Shown in pieces: positions 49,311 through 57,645 of a stretch of DNA of 59,375 nucleotides. The notes under the pieces were generated by a model. That model ran no database searches. It was not told the origin of the DNA and saw only the letters and a list, made by a program, of their open reading frames with translations. Every line of letters starts with the position of its first letter. The first letter of the stretch is position 1. Source of the stretch: a virus; the IMG/VR virus record IMGVR_UViG_3300029848_000008; one strand, given 5' to 3'. Both the position numbers and the translations under genes were made by a program.

Positions 49311-49854
49311 ATCTCCCGGAAAGGTAATGACAGAGTTGGTACCAGATCTCAATTTTTCTCAGGTCCAGCGGGCAGCCGGGAATCCAGAATAGGCCCCCAT
49401 GCCCGTCGGCGGAATAATGCCGGTGCAGAAACCGGCGGATGGTTTTTTCCGCCCTCCGCCGGTCAAAGTATTCGTCGGTCATGTCCGCCAGGCCCAGATT
49501 GACCACCATCTCCCAAAACCACTGGCCGGTGCGGTCGCCGTACTGGGGGTCGGTCATCAGGTGCTCCTCCACCCGCAGGGCGAGGGCCGCCATCATTTCC
49601 AGCACGGTGCAGGGCGCGCCGTCCAGAAAGGTCTCCACATAGCGGTAGTCATAGCCCATCTCGCAGCCAAAACGGTAGCGGAGCTCGATTCCGTCTCTGG
49701 CGCGGTTCTCGTCCATCTCCACGGTCCAGGTAAACTCCTGTTCCGCAAGGCAGCCGAGGAGCTCCTGATAGGATCGAAACCCCGTAAATTTCCCGTTCTG
49801 AACGAGCTGGCACAGCCAGCGGAAATACCGCTTCTTCAGCTCGTTCTTGCTCAT
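49300..49854 (-). CDS. Conserved hypothetical phage protein
   Basis: 184 aa. DENRARDGIELRYRF...TVLEMMAALALRVEEH...GGLFWIPG...IEIWYQL. Confidence 0.55.
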   Translation of the reverse strand: MSKNELKKRYFRWLCQLVQNGKFTGFRSYQELLGCLAEQEFTWTVEMDENRARDGIELRYRFGCEMGYDYRYVETFLDGAPCTVLEMMAALALRVEEHLMTDPQYGDRTGQWFWEMVVNLGLADMTDEYFDRRRAEKTIRRFLHRHYSADGHGGLFWIPGCPLDLRKIEIWYQLCHYLSGRYGG

Positions 49855-50445
49855 TTAGTCCACCTCGTGCGGCTTACGGGTACGGATGGAGGCGTAGGTG
49901 CGCTCGTCCCGTAGAATTTCGTAATCGTGGCACAGGCGGTCGTTGCGCACGTAAACGCTGTCGTCCTCATACTCGCCGAAGTGGTCCGCAAAATCCACGG
50001 GCACGATGTCGGAGATGTCATCCACCTCCTCGTTGTTGTCGTCCGTCAACACCCCGTCGGCGTAGTAGGTTAAGCTGACCGGGTCATAGTCGTATTGGCT
50101 GCCGAATTCCTCGGGGGTGATAATATAAGGCGTTTCACCGTGGTTCTTCATAGCTTCCTCCATGGGGACAGTTTCTTCCTCCGGCTTCTGAGCCGGGGGA
50201 TCAAAGTGCTTGGCATAGCCGGCCTTGACCACCGTTTTGGCGTACTCTTTCAGGGCCGGCTTGTTCTGGGCCAGGGTTCGGACGTCCTTCTTCCGCTCCT
50301 CCAGCATGGCCCGGAAGGCTTCCCGGGCTGAGGCAATTTCCTCTTCCTTTTCCCGCTGATAGCGGCTCTTGGCAACGGTCCATCCGGCAAAAGTGCCTGC
50401 CACCGCGCCAAGACCGAAAATGCCTAAACTCATCCAGATTTTCAT
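49855..50445 (-). CDS. N-terminally membrane-anchored acidic protein
   Basis: TM segment LGIFGLGAVAGTFAGWTV. 196 aa. Confidence 0.55.
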   Translation of the reverse strand: MKIWMSLGIFGLGAVAGTFAGWTVAKSRYQREKEEEIASAREAFRAMLEERKKDVRTLAQNKPALKEYAKTVVKAGYAKHFDPPAQKPEEETVPMEEAMKNHGETPYIITPEEFGSQYDYDPVSLTYYADGVLTDDNNEEVDDISDIVPVDFADHFGEYEDDSVYVRNDRLCHDYEILRDERTYASIRTRKPHEVD

Positions 50446-50466
50446 AAAAACATCACGCTCTCCTTG

Positions 50467-51402
50467 TCAGATTTTGTCATAAATCACGCCGTCTACGTTG
50501 AAGTCCAGCGCTGTGACCTCCTCCATTTCGCCGTAGGCATTGCGGCGCAGCACCTTTGTCATGCCGAAATCTACCACGCTGTCGCCATCGTGGGCAGGGT
50601 TGTTGGGGTCGTAGATCCAGCCGACCACTGCGCCTGCGGGGGTGTGGTCGTAGCCCAGGCTCTCATATACATCGTTCAGGAACAGGTGACCCTGGGCCTT
50701 CAGTCGATTGTTCGCCCAGGTCTGCTGGGACCGCAGAAAGAAGTCGTTCATATCCTGATCCTCATCCCAGGCTCGGCTGTCCTCCCGGCGAAACAGACGT
50801 CCGTATTCGTTGCGGAAGTCCTGCTCACTGACCGTCACAGTTTCCTTCACCTTTTTCGCATGGCCCTTCTCATCCACCACGGTCTTTTCCACCTTTTCGG
50901 TGCGGATGCCGTAGCGCAGCTCCTTGTCCACGTCTGCACCATAGCGCTCAGTCACCCGGCCGCGGTATTCCCGGAAGCCCTTGTCCACCGCCGCGTAGGC
51001 CGCCGTCAGGGCCACCGCCCGCCTCTGGAGGAGCGTGTTGCTGCCCACCATGCCTGCAATGGACAGTCCACCCAGCAACGCGGCGGGAGCGTACAGGCGG
51101 CATACCTTCAGTCCGGCCTGCAGGTAGAGGATCACCTTATCATGAGCCGCGTCCTTCTTGGTATAATCCTTGCCATGGACGTTCTTGCCCTCCTCCTGGC
51201 AGCGGCGCAGCGTAGCCAGATCGTTTCGGGTGCTTTCCAGGGTGTCATTCAGGCGCAGAGTAGCCCGGCAGGCAAGCACCGTGCTGCCAACGGCCCCGGC
51301 GATGCCACCTGCCATCAGGATCTGCGGAGCATGCTTCTTCAGGGGAGCAAAGAGTTTCGTTATCGCCATTCCGGCGTTTTTCGTCATCTTGGAAAGCTTC
51401 AT
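50467..51402 (-). CDS. 2-TM membrane protein, paralogue 1 of 3
   Basis: Shared motifs LLQRRAVALTAAYAAVDKGFREYRGRVTERYG and FLNDVYESLGYDHTPAGAVVGW. Confidence 0.65.
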   Translation of the reverse strand: MKLSKMTKNAGMAITKLFAPLKKHAPQILMAGGIAGAVGSTVLACRATLRLNDTLESTRNDLATLRRCQEEGKNVHGKDYTKKDAAHDKVILYLQAGLKVCRLYAPAALLGGLSIAGMVGSNTLLQRRAVALTAAYAAVDKGFREYRGRVTERYGADVDKELRYGIRTEKVEKTVVDEKGHAKKVKETVTVSEQDFRNEYGRLFRREDSRAWDEDQDMNDFFLRSQQTWANNRLKAQGHLFLNDVYESLGYDHTPAGAVVGWIYDPNNPAHDGDSVVDFGMTKVLRRNAYGEMEEVTALDFNVDGVIYDKI

Positions 51403-51421
51403 TTTTGTATCTCCTTTTTTC

Positions 51422-52021
51422 TCAGTCTAAAGGCATAACCTTGGGCAATTTAAGCATGTAGCCGGTGGGCACGCGGACCACCTTGGCACTGGCAATGTTC
51501 GTCCAGCCGTAGCGGTTGTCCGTATAGCTGCCGTTGATCCCCACCAGATCGTACAGGTCGGCCACGCTGACCAACCCATAATTGGCAATAAGATCGTCCA
51601 TCTGCTGGAGCACGGTTTCTGCCTCGCCCCGGCTGTCCACCACTATGTCATCAAAGGCGTAACCGGTGCGGGCGATGGTCTGGCACGGGCGGCTTCTGGT
51701 TTCCGGCTCGTAATAGGCCCGGTAGTTCACCCGGGACGCGCCACTGGTCGTGGAGCCTGCCGTCCGGCCCTTGCCGAATACCATGTCCGCCACGGAGGTA
51801 ATCATGTCATGCAGGCCCCGGCGGATGCTGGGCACCAGAATATCCCAGATGAGGTAATCCTTTACATCGCCCGCGTCCTCAGACACAAAAATATCAGCGA
51901 ACCGGCGCAGTTCGCTTTTCTTCTGCACGCTGGCCGACCCGCTGATGACCTTTTCCACTTTCTTTTCTTCCTGCATGGCCGCCTCCCGGCTTTTATGGGA
52001 GTTGGAACGGTAATTTTCCAT
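51422..52021 (-). CDS. Conserved hypothetical protein
   Basis: 199 aa. GGAGGAAA RBS. C-terminus VSVADLYDLVGINGSYTDNRYGW. Confidence 0.55.
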   Translation of the reverse strand: MENYRSNSHKSREAAMQEEKKVEKVISGSASVQKKSELRRFADIFVSEDAGDVKDYLIWDILVPSIRRGLHDMITSVADMVFGKGRTAGSTTSGASRVNYRAYYEPETRSRPCQTIARTGYAFDDIVVDSRGEAETVLQQMDDLIANYGLVSVADLYDLVGINGSYTDNRYGWTNIASAKVVRVPTGYMLKLPKVMPLD

Positions 52022-52033
52022 GGGTTTCCTCCG

Positions 52034-52228
52034 TTACTCCGCCACGGGCAGCACTTTGCCCGGCAGCGTGATTTTGCTTTGGGGGCTTAAGCCCATCCTG
52101 CGTTTGTACTGGTAGGCCAGATTGGCCTTGGCCTTCGTCTCGGTGACCGCCACGGTGGAGGCCTTCCACTTCGGGTTCAGGCACTGGTGAAAGGCCATCA
52201 CAGGGCCCTCGTAATCGTAGCGCTGCAT
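52034..52228 (-). CDS. Small hypothetical protein
   Basis: 64 aa. AAGGAGGA RBS. Confidence 0.55.
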   Translation of the reverse strand: MQRYDYEGPVMAFHQCLNPKWKASTVAVTETKAKANLAYQYKRRMGLSPQSKITLPGKVLPVAE

Positions 52229-52240
52229 GGGGTCCTCCTT

Positions 52241-52999
52241 TCAGCGCTGATAGCCGTACTTGGGGGCCACAGCGTAGTCCAGCACCAAACATGGTGTGCC
52301 GTCCGCCGTCAGCTGGGCGTCAAAGCATAGCTCGATCAGGCCTCGATCCGTACACCAGCCCAGACTGTCCCCGACCCCGATGGACGGCAGACCCAGCTCG
52401 TAGTAAAAGTCGTTGAGGGAAATATACATTTCGCTGAGCATGCGGCGGTTCAACTCATTGACCGTCTGCCGCATTTTCTCGATGTCGGATTTGAAATACC
52501 GTCCGGACAGCACGTCATAGCACAGGGTGGAACCCTTGTCCGTCAGAATGACCTCCCGGCTTTCCACTGGGTTTTTGCTCAGCTTATCCCTGGCGACGGC
52601 GTCGTCCACGGCTTCAGCCTTCTTCGGTCCCACCGTTTCCGTCACCTTCTCCCGGTAGTCCTTCAGGGCGGATTCAGACAGGGCGTAGGCTGTGGCCAAA
52701 GCCGCGTTGCGCCGCTGGTTCTCCCCGTGGGCGGCGATCAGGCACACAGTGGAGCCAACGCTCAGCGCCGCCGAGGGTAGGTAACACTTCCATACCGTTT
52801 TCACGGTCTCAAGCGGGGGCAGCTTCTCCACCTCCAGCTCATCCTTTCGCTGCTCCATCAGACGCAGGGCCTTAGGAGTCTTCCACACGGCCAGCCCCAT
52901 AGCGGCGAACATACCGCCGATGCCAAGCCCTGTCAGAATTTCCGGGCTATGCTTGGCAAGGCCCACTTTCAGATGTTTTCCCCATTGGGAAAAGTTCAT
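52241..52999 (-). CDS. 2-TM membrane protein, paralogue 2 of 3
   Basis: ENQRRNAALATAYALSESALKDYREKVTETVG and SLNDFYYELGLPSIGVGDSLGW. Confidence 0.65.
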   Translation of the reverse strand: MNFSQWGKHLKVGLAKHSPEILTGLGIGGMFAAMGLAVWKTPKALRLMEQRKDELEVEKLPPLETVKTVWKCYLPSAALSVGSTVCLIAAHGENQRRNAALATAYALSESALKDYREKVTETVGPKKAEAVDDAVARDKLSKNPVESREVILTDKGSTLCYDVLSGRYFKSDIEKMRQTVNELNRRMLSEMYISLNDFYYELGLPSIGVGDSLGWCTDRGLIELCFDAQLTADGTPCLVLDYAVAPKYGYQR

Positions 53000-53014
53000 G
53001 GTTTTACCCTCCTG

Positions 53015-53362
53015 TCAAATTCGTTCTGTGGCAACGGAAAACAACTCATTTTCGAGTTCCATTGCCACCTTGTACGCTTCCTTGAAAATGTAAATGGAGC
53101 GCTTGCCACGGGATTCGTGGCAGAAACGCTCCATCTTTTCCCGAAAGAGCATCGCCGTTTTCAGAGGCGAACTTTCGGGGTGGAGCATCAGCTCCCGGAA
53201 CATTTCCTCTGCGGCCCAGCGCCTGTCACTGCGGCGGCGGAACTCCCGCGGCCGGTTCCACCATTCGGGCTCTGAGAAGGCCTCCCGGATGTATTCTCCA
53301 GCGGCCTCCAGTGCGTCCTCATAGCTCAGCGTCCAGTGAGCCAAAATTCTTTCATCCATCAT
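53015..53362 (-). CDS. Hypothetical protein
   Basis: 115-aa ORF. GGAGG RBS (the second ATG at 53359 is better spaced). Confidence 0.5.
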   Translation of the reverse strand: MMDERILAHWTLSYEDALEAAGEYIREAFSEPEWWNRPREFRRRSDRRWAAEEMFRELMLHPESSPLKTAMLFREKMERFCHESRGKRSIYIFKEAYKVAMELENELFSVATERI

Positions 53363-53397
53363 TGGCCTCCAATACAGTAAAAAGAAAAGAGGGTTTG

Positions 53398-53556
53398 TTA
53401 TCCCTCTTTGCTCGTCAGTTTTGCGACTGCTTCCGCTACCTTCTTTTCAATTTTGTCATCCTCCTGCTTTCCGCTGACCCAGTTGGAGAGCAGTGTTGCT
53501 CCCATCCCGATTGCGGTTGCGCCGATTCCGAGCCATTTGACCAGTTTGTTATCCAT
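53398..53556 (-). CDS. Small single-TM protein
   Basis: Start at MDNKLVKWLGIGATAIGMGATLLSNWV behind an AAGGAGG RBS. Confidence 0.55.
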   Translation of the reverse strand: MDNKLVKWLGIGATAIGMGATLLSNWVSGKQEDDKIEKKVAEAVAKLTSKEG

Positions 53557-53571
53557 AGCAGTAACCTCCTT

Positions 53572-53599
53572 TTCATAATACTTGCTGCTTTTTTCGCGG
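53572..53599 (-). promoter_or_regulatory. Early-region motif copy 3
   Basis: Minus strand reads CCGCGAAAAAAGCAGCAAGTATTATGAA, immediately before the RBS of 53556. Confidence 0.5.
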
Positions 53600-53609
53600 T
53601 TTTTCTGTT

Positions 53610-54353
53610 TCAGTAATCCAGATAATCCGCCGTGGGGCCGAATGGCAGCTCGATAAAGCAGCACTCCAGCCCGTCGTCCGTATGGGTGACGAAGTGAGAA
53701 AAATCAATCCACTGGTAACCGTAGAAGGCCTCGCCAGCGCCCACGGACCAGCCGGACCGGTCGCCGCCATCCGGCTTGGGCAGCCCCAGCAGCTCCGCCA
53801 GGTCGTTCAGGCAGCAGATTCCGGTGAGGGCATACTGCCGATTCAGGCGGTACTCCGCGTCCAGCACCTCCAGCAGAGGACGGCGGAAATATCCGAAGTG
53901 CTTTTCGTAAAACAGTTCGGGCTCCGTTTCGCAGGCGGGCGGGTCTTCCCACGGGGGACGGACCTCTGCTCGAATGGCCTGCTCGGTCTTCACACCTACC
54001 TTGGCGGCAGTTTTAGCCCGATACTCCCGAAAGGTACGATCCATAAGCAGATAGGCGCTGGCAAGGGCCGCCTGCTGGCGCTTGTCCAGCATCCGAGCGC
54101 CGAAAATACAGCCGACGGTTCCCAACCCCATCAGCCCGGCGGGGAGATAAACCGCCGCCGTTTTGGAAGCTTTTCGCCAAAAATCCCACCGGGAATTTTC
54201 TGACTCTTCACCGCGGCGAATGATCTCGTCCGCCTGACGGGACGCCTTCACCGCCAGCACTGCCGTGCCGCCAACGCCTGCCGCCGCTAGCACAGATAGG
54301 GCTGTTGGAGCCCAGCGCCTGAGAGTTCGTTCAATGGTCTTCATCCAGGGCAT
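53610..54353 (-). CDS. 2-TM membrane protein, paralogue 3 of 3
   Basis: LDKRQQAALASAYLLMDRTFREYRAKTAAKVG and CLNDLAELLGLPKPDGGDRSGW. Confidence 0.65.
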   Translation of the reverse strand: MPWMKTIERTLRRWAPTALSVLAAAGVGGTAVLAVKASRQADEIIRRGEESENSRWDFWRKASKTAAVYLPAGLMGLGTVGCIFGARMLDKRQQAALASAYLLMDRTFREYRAKTAAKVGVKTEQAIRAEVRPPWEDPPACETEPELFYEKHFGYFRRPLLEVLDAEYRLNRQYALTGICCLNDLAELLGLPKPDGGDRSGWSVGAGEAFYGYQWIDFSHFVTHTDDGLECCFIELPFGPTADYLDY

Positions 54354-54558
54354 AGTGTATGATCGCCTCCCGCTGCTTCACTTTGATAACGATTTCCTGC
54401 TGGTTCTGCTCGTCCCGGCCGATATAGGCCTCCAGCTTGTAGCCCTCCGGGTTTTCCATCAGGGCACTTAGAATCGAGTCGTTAGCCTTCTCATTCTTTT
54501 TGCGGAATTTCAGCTCCAGCACGTCCATTTTTCCAAGTAATGCCTTGATAATGTTCAT
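54331..54558 (-). CDS. Small hypothetical protein
   Basis: Start at MNIIKALLGK behind an AGGAGG RBS. Confidence 0.5.
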   Translation of the reverse strand: MNIIKALLGKMDVLELKFRKKNEKANDSILSALMENPEGYKLEAYIGRDEQNQQEIVIKVKQREAIIHYALDEDH

Positions 54559-54582
54559 TTGACTGACCTCCTGATTTTTTGC

Positions 54583-54613
54583 CAAAAAGAGAAGAGAGCC
54601 TGCTTTCAGGCTC
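54583..54613 (-). terminator. Rho-independent terminator
   Basis: Minus strand reads GAGCCTG-aaag-CAGGCTC followed by TCTTCTCTTTTT. Confidence 0.65.
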
Positions 54614-54626
54614 CCGTCCCTTTGAA

Positions 54627-54758
54627 TTACGAAAATCTGTCGTCCACTTTATCGAATAGATGATTGATGATTCGGATCACTACTTTTCCGCTTCGGAAAA
54701 ATGCTACCGTTGCACACACTCCCAAAAAGCCGAAAAAGATTGTTCCCAAAAACGCCAT
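54627..54758 (-). CDS. 43-aa single-TM peptide (below the ORF-track size cutoff)
   Basis: Hand translation: MAFLGTIFFGFLGVCATVAFFRSGKVVIRIINHLFDKVDDRFS. AAAGGAGGAAAAG RBS, with a motif copy upstream and a terminator downstream. Confidence 0.55.
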   Translation of the reverse strand: MAFLGTIFFGFLGVCATVAFFRSGKVVIRIINHLFDKVDDRFS

Positions 54759-54783
54759 TGTCTTTTCCTCCTTTATGCCAGCA

Positions 54784-54811
54784 AGTTTTCGCCTTCATAA
54801 AGGAAACGGTT
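54784..54811 (-). promoter_or_regulatory. Early-region motif copy 4
   Basis: Minus strand reads CCGCGAAAAAAACCGTTTCCTTTATGAA. Confidence 0.5.
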
Positions 54812-54875
54812 TTTTTCGCGGATGAATTTGGTCCGAAGCCTTCAATGAATGACAGGGCAAAAAAAGAAAAGAGTC

Positions 54876-55091
54876 TTATTCAGACTCTTCCTCTTCCTCT
54901 GTTTGGACCAGCTTTCCCGTTTGAATCCACTTTTTCGTCATCTGCCATATCATACATGCATACTCGTTTATGTATTCATTCTCCTCGCCGCTTCTCTCGC
55001 TTACCAGCAAAATTGCCAATGCCGCCAGATTAAAGGGCAGCGTGAGCAGATTGGCCACAACCAGTACCAGAACTCTGAGCAGTTTTTTCAT
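54876..55091 (-). CDS. Small membrane protein with an acidic tail
   Basis: Start at MKKLLRVLVLVVANLLTLPFNLAALAILLV behind a GAAGGAGGAA RBS. Confidence 0.6.
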   Translation of the reverse strand: MKKLLRVLVLVVANLLTLPFNLAALAILLVSERSGEENEYINEYACMIWQMTKKWIQTGKLVQTEEEEESE

Positions 55092-55124
55092 ATTGTATTC
55101 CTCCTTCAAATTTCGGGTTTCCTG

Positions 55125-55152
55125 TCCATAATATCTGCTGTTTTTTTCGCGG
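55125..55152 (-). promoter_or_regulatory. Early-region motif copy 5
   Basis: Minus strand reads CCGCGAAAAAAACAGCAGATATTATGGA. Confidence 0.5.
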
Positions 55153-55198
55153 AAAAGAAAACAGCCCTTATTTTTTGGACTGTTTCCAGTGATTGGAG

Positions 55199-55585
55199 TT
55201 ATTTCAATACATTCATTTCTCTCAAGATGTTTCCGATTCTTTCACCGGCTTGCCGTCGTTGATCCAATTCAATTTTCTGATGATTGCTCAGCTTCTTGGA
55301 AAGCTCATAGTACGCACCCAATGATGGATCGTATACAAATCCGGTCTTGATGTGTTCTTGCCTGCGCAGATTTGCCCGCACGACGGTTCCCTTCCAAATC
55401 GGTTTGATTACCCATTTGCCGAGAAGCGCCGCGCTGCTTGTCGCCACAGGGACCAGCACGACAATCATTTCCTTATTCTGGTTGATCCACTGCATCGCAC
55501 TTTTTGCTTTTTCAGAAGTCTTGCGTTTCAGTTTTTCCCATTTGGTTTCCACCTTGCATCCGTTTACATAGAGAATCTTGCTCAT
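55199..55585 (-). CDS. Single-TM protein
   Basis: 128 aa. TM segment MIVVLVPVATSSAALLG. CAGGAGG RBS. Confidence 0.6.
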   Translation of the reverse strand: MSKILYVNGCKVETKWEKLKRKTSEKAKSAMQWINQNKEMIVVLVPVATSSAALLGKWVIKPIWKGTVVRANLRRQEHIKTGFVYDPSLGAYYELSKKLSNHQKIELDQRRQAGERIGNILREMNVLK

Positions 55586-55612
55586 TTTTGATACCTCCTG
55601 CAGTTGTTTCTC

Positions 55613-55640
55613 TCCATGATATAGCCAGCTTTTCTCGCGG
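55613..55640 (-). promoter_or_regulatory. Early-region motif copy 6 (variant)
   Basis: Minus strand reads CCGCGAGAAAAGCTGGCTATATCATGGA. Confidence 0.4.
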
Positions 55641-55642
55641 CT

Positions 55643-56002
55643 TCAGATCTCCCGGCGGTCGAAGACCGTTTCCCAGCGGGCCTTGGGTAAGGGTTTCATC
55701 TTCAGCGCCCACATCATCTGGCGGACGGTCACAGTGGGGTAAAGGCCATCCGACGCCGGAGCCGCCCGTTTGGCAAAATATCCGGGAAAGGCGGGATGGG
55801 TGTACAGCGGAACCGTCAGCCAGGGGTCAATTTCGCCCCACCAGGTATGGCGGGTGGCCGGGTCCCAGCGCTGCTGGATCACCGCCAGCCCCTTTTCTTC
55901 CGTCCGAAACAGGGTGCAGCGCCGGTAGACCGGGTGGGCACACTCGTAGGTTTCGCCGTACAGTGTGCCGTAAAAGGCCGGTTTTTTGTAATGATAGCGC
56001 AT
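55643..56002 (-). CDS. Conserved hypothetical protein
   Basis: 119 aa. YECAHPVYRRCTLF...VTVRQMMWALKMKPLPKARWETVFDR. No obvious SD sequence. Confidence 0.5.
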   Translation of the reverse strand: MRYHYKKPAFYGTLYGETYECAHPVYRRCTLFRTEEKGLAVIQQRWDPATRHTWWGEIDPWLTVPLYTHPAFPGYFAKRAAPASDGLYPTVTVRQMMWALKMKPLPKARWETVFDRREI

Positions 56003-56048
56003 TTCGAAAACGAAAAGGGATTGTTTTTCGCAATCCCCTTTGATTGGT

Positions 56049-56441
56049 TCACCCTTTCACCGTAGGCTTGAAGAATTTGGTCAATCCCTGAAAGGTTTTG
56101 GACGTGAACGAACCTGTCTCCTCGAACTGGAGGCCCCGCTTCATCCACACGGCATAGAAGCTGAGAGGCAGCACAATGCCCAGCGCCTGCAGGCCGTACC
56201 CCACCCAGCGGTCGATGCGGGCGGAACGAAGCTCCTTCTCCGCAATCTGTTCCTTGGCGAAATTATCGTCCTGAACCTTGCGAAGCTCGGTCTCGTTCTT
56301 ATCCTCGTCGATCCTGAGCCGGTACAGCTTGCAAAGGCTGTCCACCGCCGCTTCCCGGTCCTTGCCCTGGGGAAGGGAGTCCAGTTCCTTCAGAGTGGCT
56401 TCGATCTGTTCCGTCAATAGCTTTCTGGTTTGATCTTCCAT
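56049..56441 (-). CDS. Coiled-coil protein with a C-terminal TM
   Basis: Start at MEDQTRK behind an AAAGGAGGAGAAAG RBS. TM segment GYGLQALGIVLPLSFYAVWM. Confidence 0.6.
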   Translation of the reverse strand: MEDQTRKLLTEQIEATLKELDSLPQGKDREAAVDSLCKLYRLRIDEDKNETELRKVQDDNFAKEQIAEKELRSARIDRWVGYGLQALGIVLPLSFYAVWMKRGLQFEETGSFTSKTFQGLTKFFKPTVKG

Positions 56442-56467
56442 ATCTTTCTCCTCCTTTGGAATGGTTT

Positions 56468-56495
56468 TCCGTAAAAGGCGCGGATTTTTTCGCGC
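56468..56495 (-). promoter_or_regulatory. Early-region motif copy 7 (variant)
   Basis: Minus strand reads GCGCGAAAAAATCCGCGCCTTTTACGGA. Confidence 0.4.
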
Positions 56496-56545
56496 TATCA
56501 GGGTAGCAGGGTTTTTGCTCGGGTGCGTGCGGTTTTTTTTTGGAC

Positions 56546-56573
56546 AAATAAAAGAGGGGGCGATTATGCCCCC
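56546..56573 (-). terminator. Rho-independent terminator after 56564..56902
   Basis: Minus strand reads GGGGGC-ataatc-GCCCCC followed by TCTTTTATTTG. The stop codon lies in the loop. Confidence 0.65.
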
Positions 56574-56902
56574 AACAGTTTGGCCGCCAGTTCCTCCAGC
56601 CGCTTGGTCTGTTCGTCCAAAAGTAACCGTGCTGCCTGAAAATCCTCCAGCGCCGCCTTTAGCTCCGTCAGTAAAGCCGGGTCCGCCTGTCTCACCTTTG
56701 GCATGTTTCGGCCTGCGGCCCGCTGCTTCTGATACTCCATCACGTCCTGATAGAAGTATCCGTAGCCCGGATTGCCGCACCAGCCGCCGCTTTGCCGCGG
56801 GTGAGCCTTCAGCTTTCCCTTCTTTACTAATGCCGTCACATACGGCGCACTCAGATTCAGGATTTCCGCAACCTCTTTGGTACTCAGTTCCCGATGTTCC
56901 AT
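56564..56902 (-). CDS. HTH DNA-binding protein (excisionase/MerR-like HTH)
   Basis: LSTKEVAEILNLSAPYVTALVKKGKL. Confidence 0.6.
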   Translation of the reverse strand: MEHRELSTKEVAEILNLSAPYVTALVKKGKLKAHPRQSGGWCGNPGYGYFYQDVMEYQKQRAAGRNMPKVRQADPALLTELKAALEDFQAARLLLDEQTKRLEELAAKLLGA

Positions 56903-56958
56903 ACCTGCCGCTCCTTTCTATTGGCCTGCCATAAGAGGGGCTGCAGAATACGCGGGAT

Positions 56959-57393
56959 TTATTGTCGCTTCTCACTGAGCAACCAGAAGAACTTGCGGTA
57001 GCTTTCGTAGTAGGCTTCCCGGGAGCAGGGGAGTGCCAGCCGGGCCTTCAGGCAGTCGTAGGACAGGCCCTCCGTCACGCCCCGCAGCAGGTAGGGCCCA
57101 AGCAGCGGGTCCGCCTCGGCAGCGGATTCCTCCACCATGGCGATGCGCTCCGTGTACCACAGGCGCTGCTCGGCGCAGCGGGACGTGGGGCTTTGCACAA
57201 GGCCGGTGGGGGAGGGCAGCGTCAGGCGCAGGGCACGGCGGCTCAGCCCGTCCAGACTGGCCCGCGCCCGGATCCACAGAGGATACTGCAGGCAGAAGTG
57301 CTTCAACTCGTAATACCGGTGCCGGTCGATCCAGTACCGGCTTTTGGGACTTAGCTCGGGATGAATGGCCGTCACGCTCGTTCCCCCTTCCAT
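56959..57393 (-). CDS. Possible sigma-region-4/ArpU/RinA-like transcription regulator
   Basis: YYELKHFCLQYPLW... and C-terminal GLSYDCLKARLALPCSREAYYESYRKFFWLL. An alternative GTG start at 57376 is coupled (GTGA) to the upstream stop. Confidence 0.35.
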   Translation of the reverse strand: MEGGTSVTAIHPELSPKSRYWIDRHRYYELKHFCLQYPLWIRARASLDGLSRRALRLTLPSPTGLVQSPTSRCAEQRLWYTERIAMVEESAAEADPLLGPYLLRGVTEGLSYDCLKARLALPCSREAYYESYRKFFWLLSEKRQ

Positions 57394-57632
57394 ACGTAGC
57401 CTGTCTGCTCCCAGAGGAGCTTGGGCGAAATATAAAAGTTGATGCGTCCGTAGCGGCTGTTCATCTGTTCAATGCTGGTAATCAGCTCGCCCCTTCGGGT
57501 GGCCTTTCCGATAGGCAGCCAACCAGCGATGATTCCGGCCCGCACCCACGTGGGTTCCTTGCCATACACCCGGGCGGCCACGGCCACCGGCACCGATCCG
57601 GCGGCAAATTCCAGGTCTTCCATGCCGCTCAC
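57372..57632 (-). CDS. Small DNA-binding-like protein (Xis/regulator candidate)
   Basis: 86 aa. AARVYGKEPTWVRAGIIAGWLPIG. AAAGGAGGTGAG RBS directly after the palindrome. Confidence 0.45.
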   Translation of the reverse strand: MSGMEDLEFAAGSVPVAVAARVYGKEPTWVRAGIIAGWLPIGKATRRGELITSIEQMNSRYGRINFYISPKLLWEQTGYVWKGERA

Positions 57633-57645
57633 CTCCTTTCTGAGG

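Noticed and set aside
56049-56975. 308-aa ORF reading through 56442..56975
   Set aside because: The upstream two-thirds is G/R/P-rich. It overlaps the HTH gene 56564..56902 in another frame, and it crosses a terminator and a motif copy. The internal start MEDQTRK (56441) has a strong RBS.
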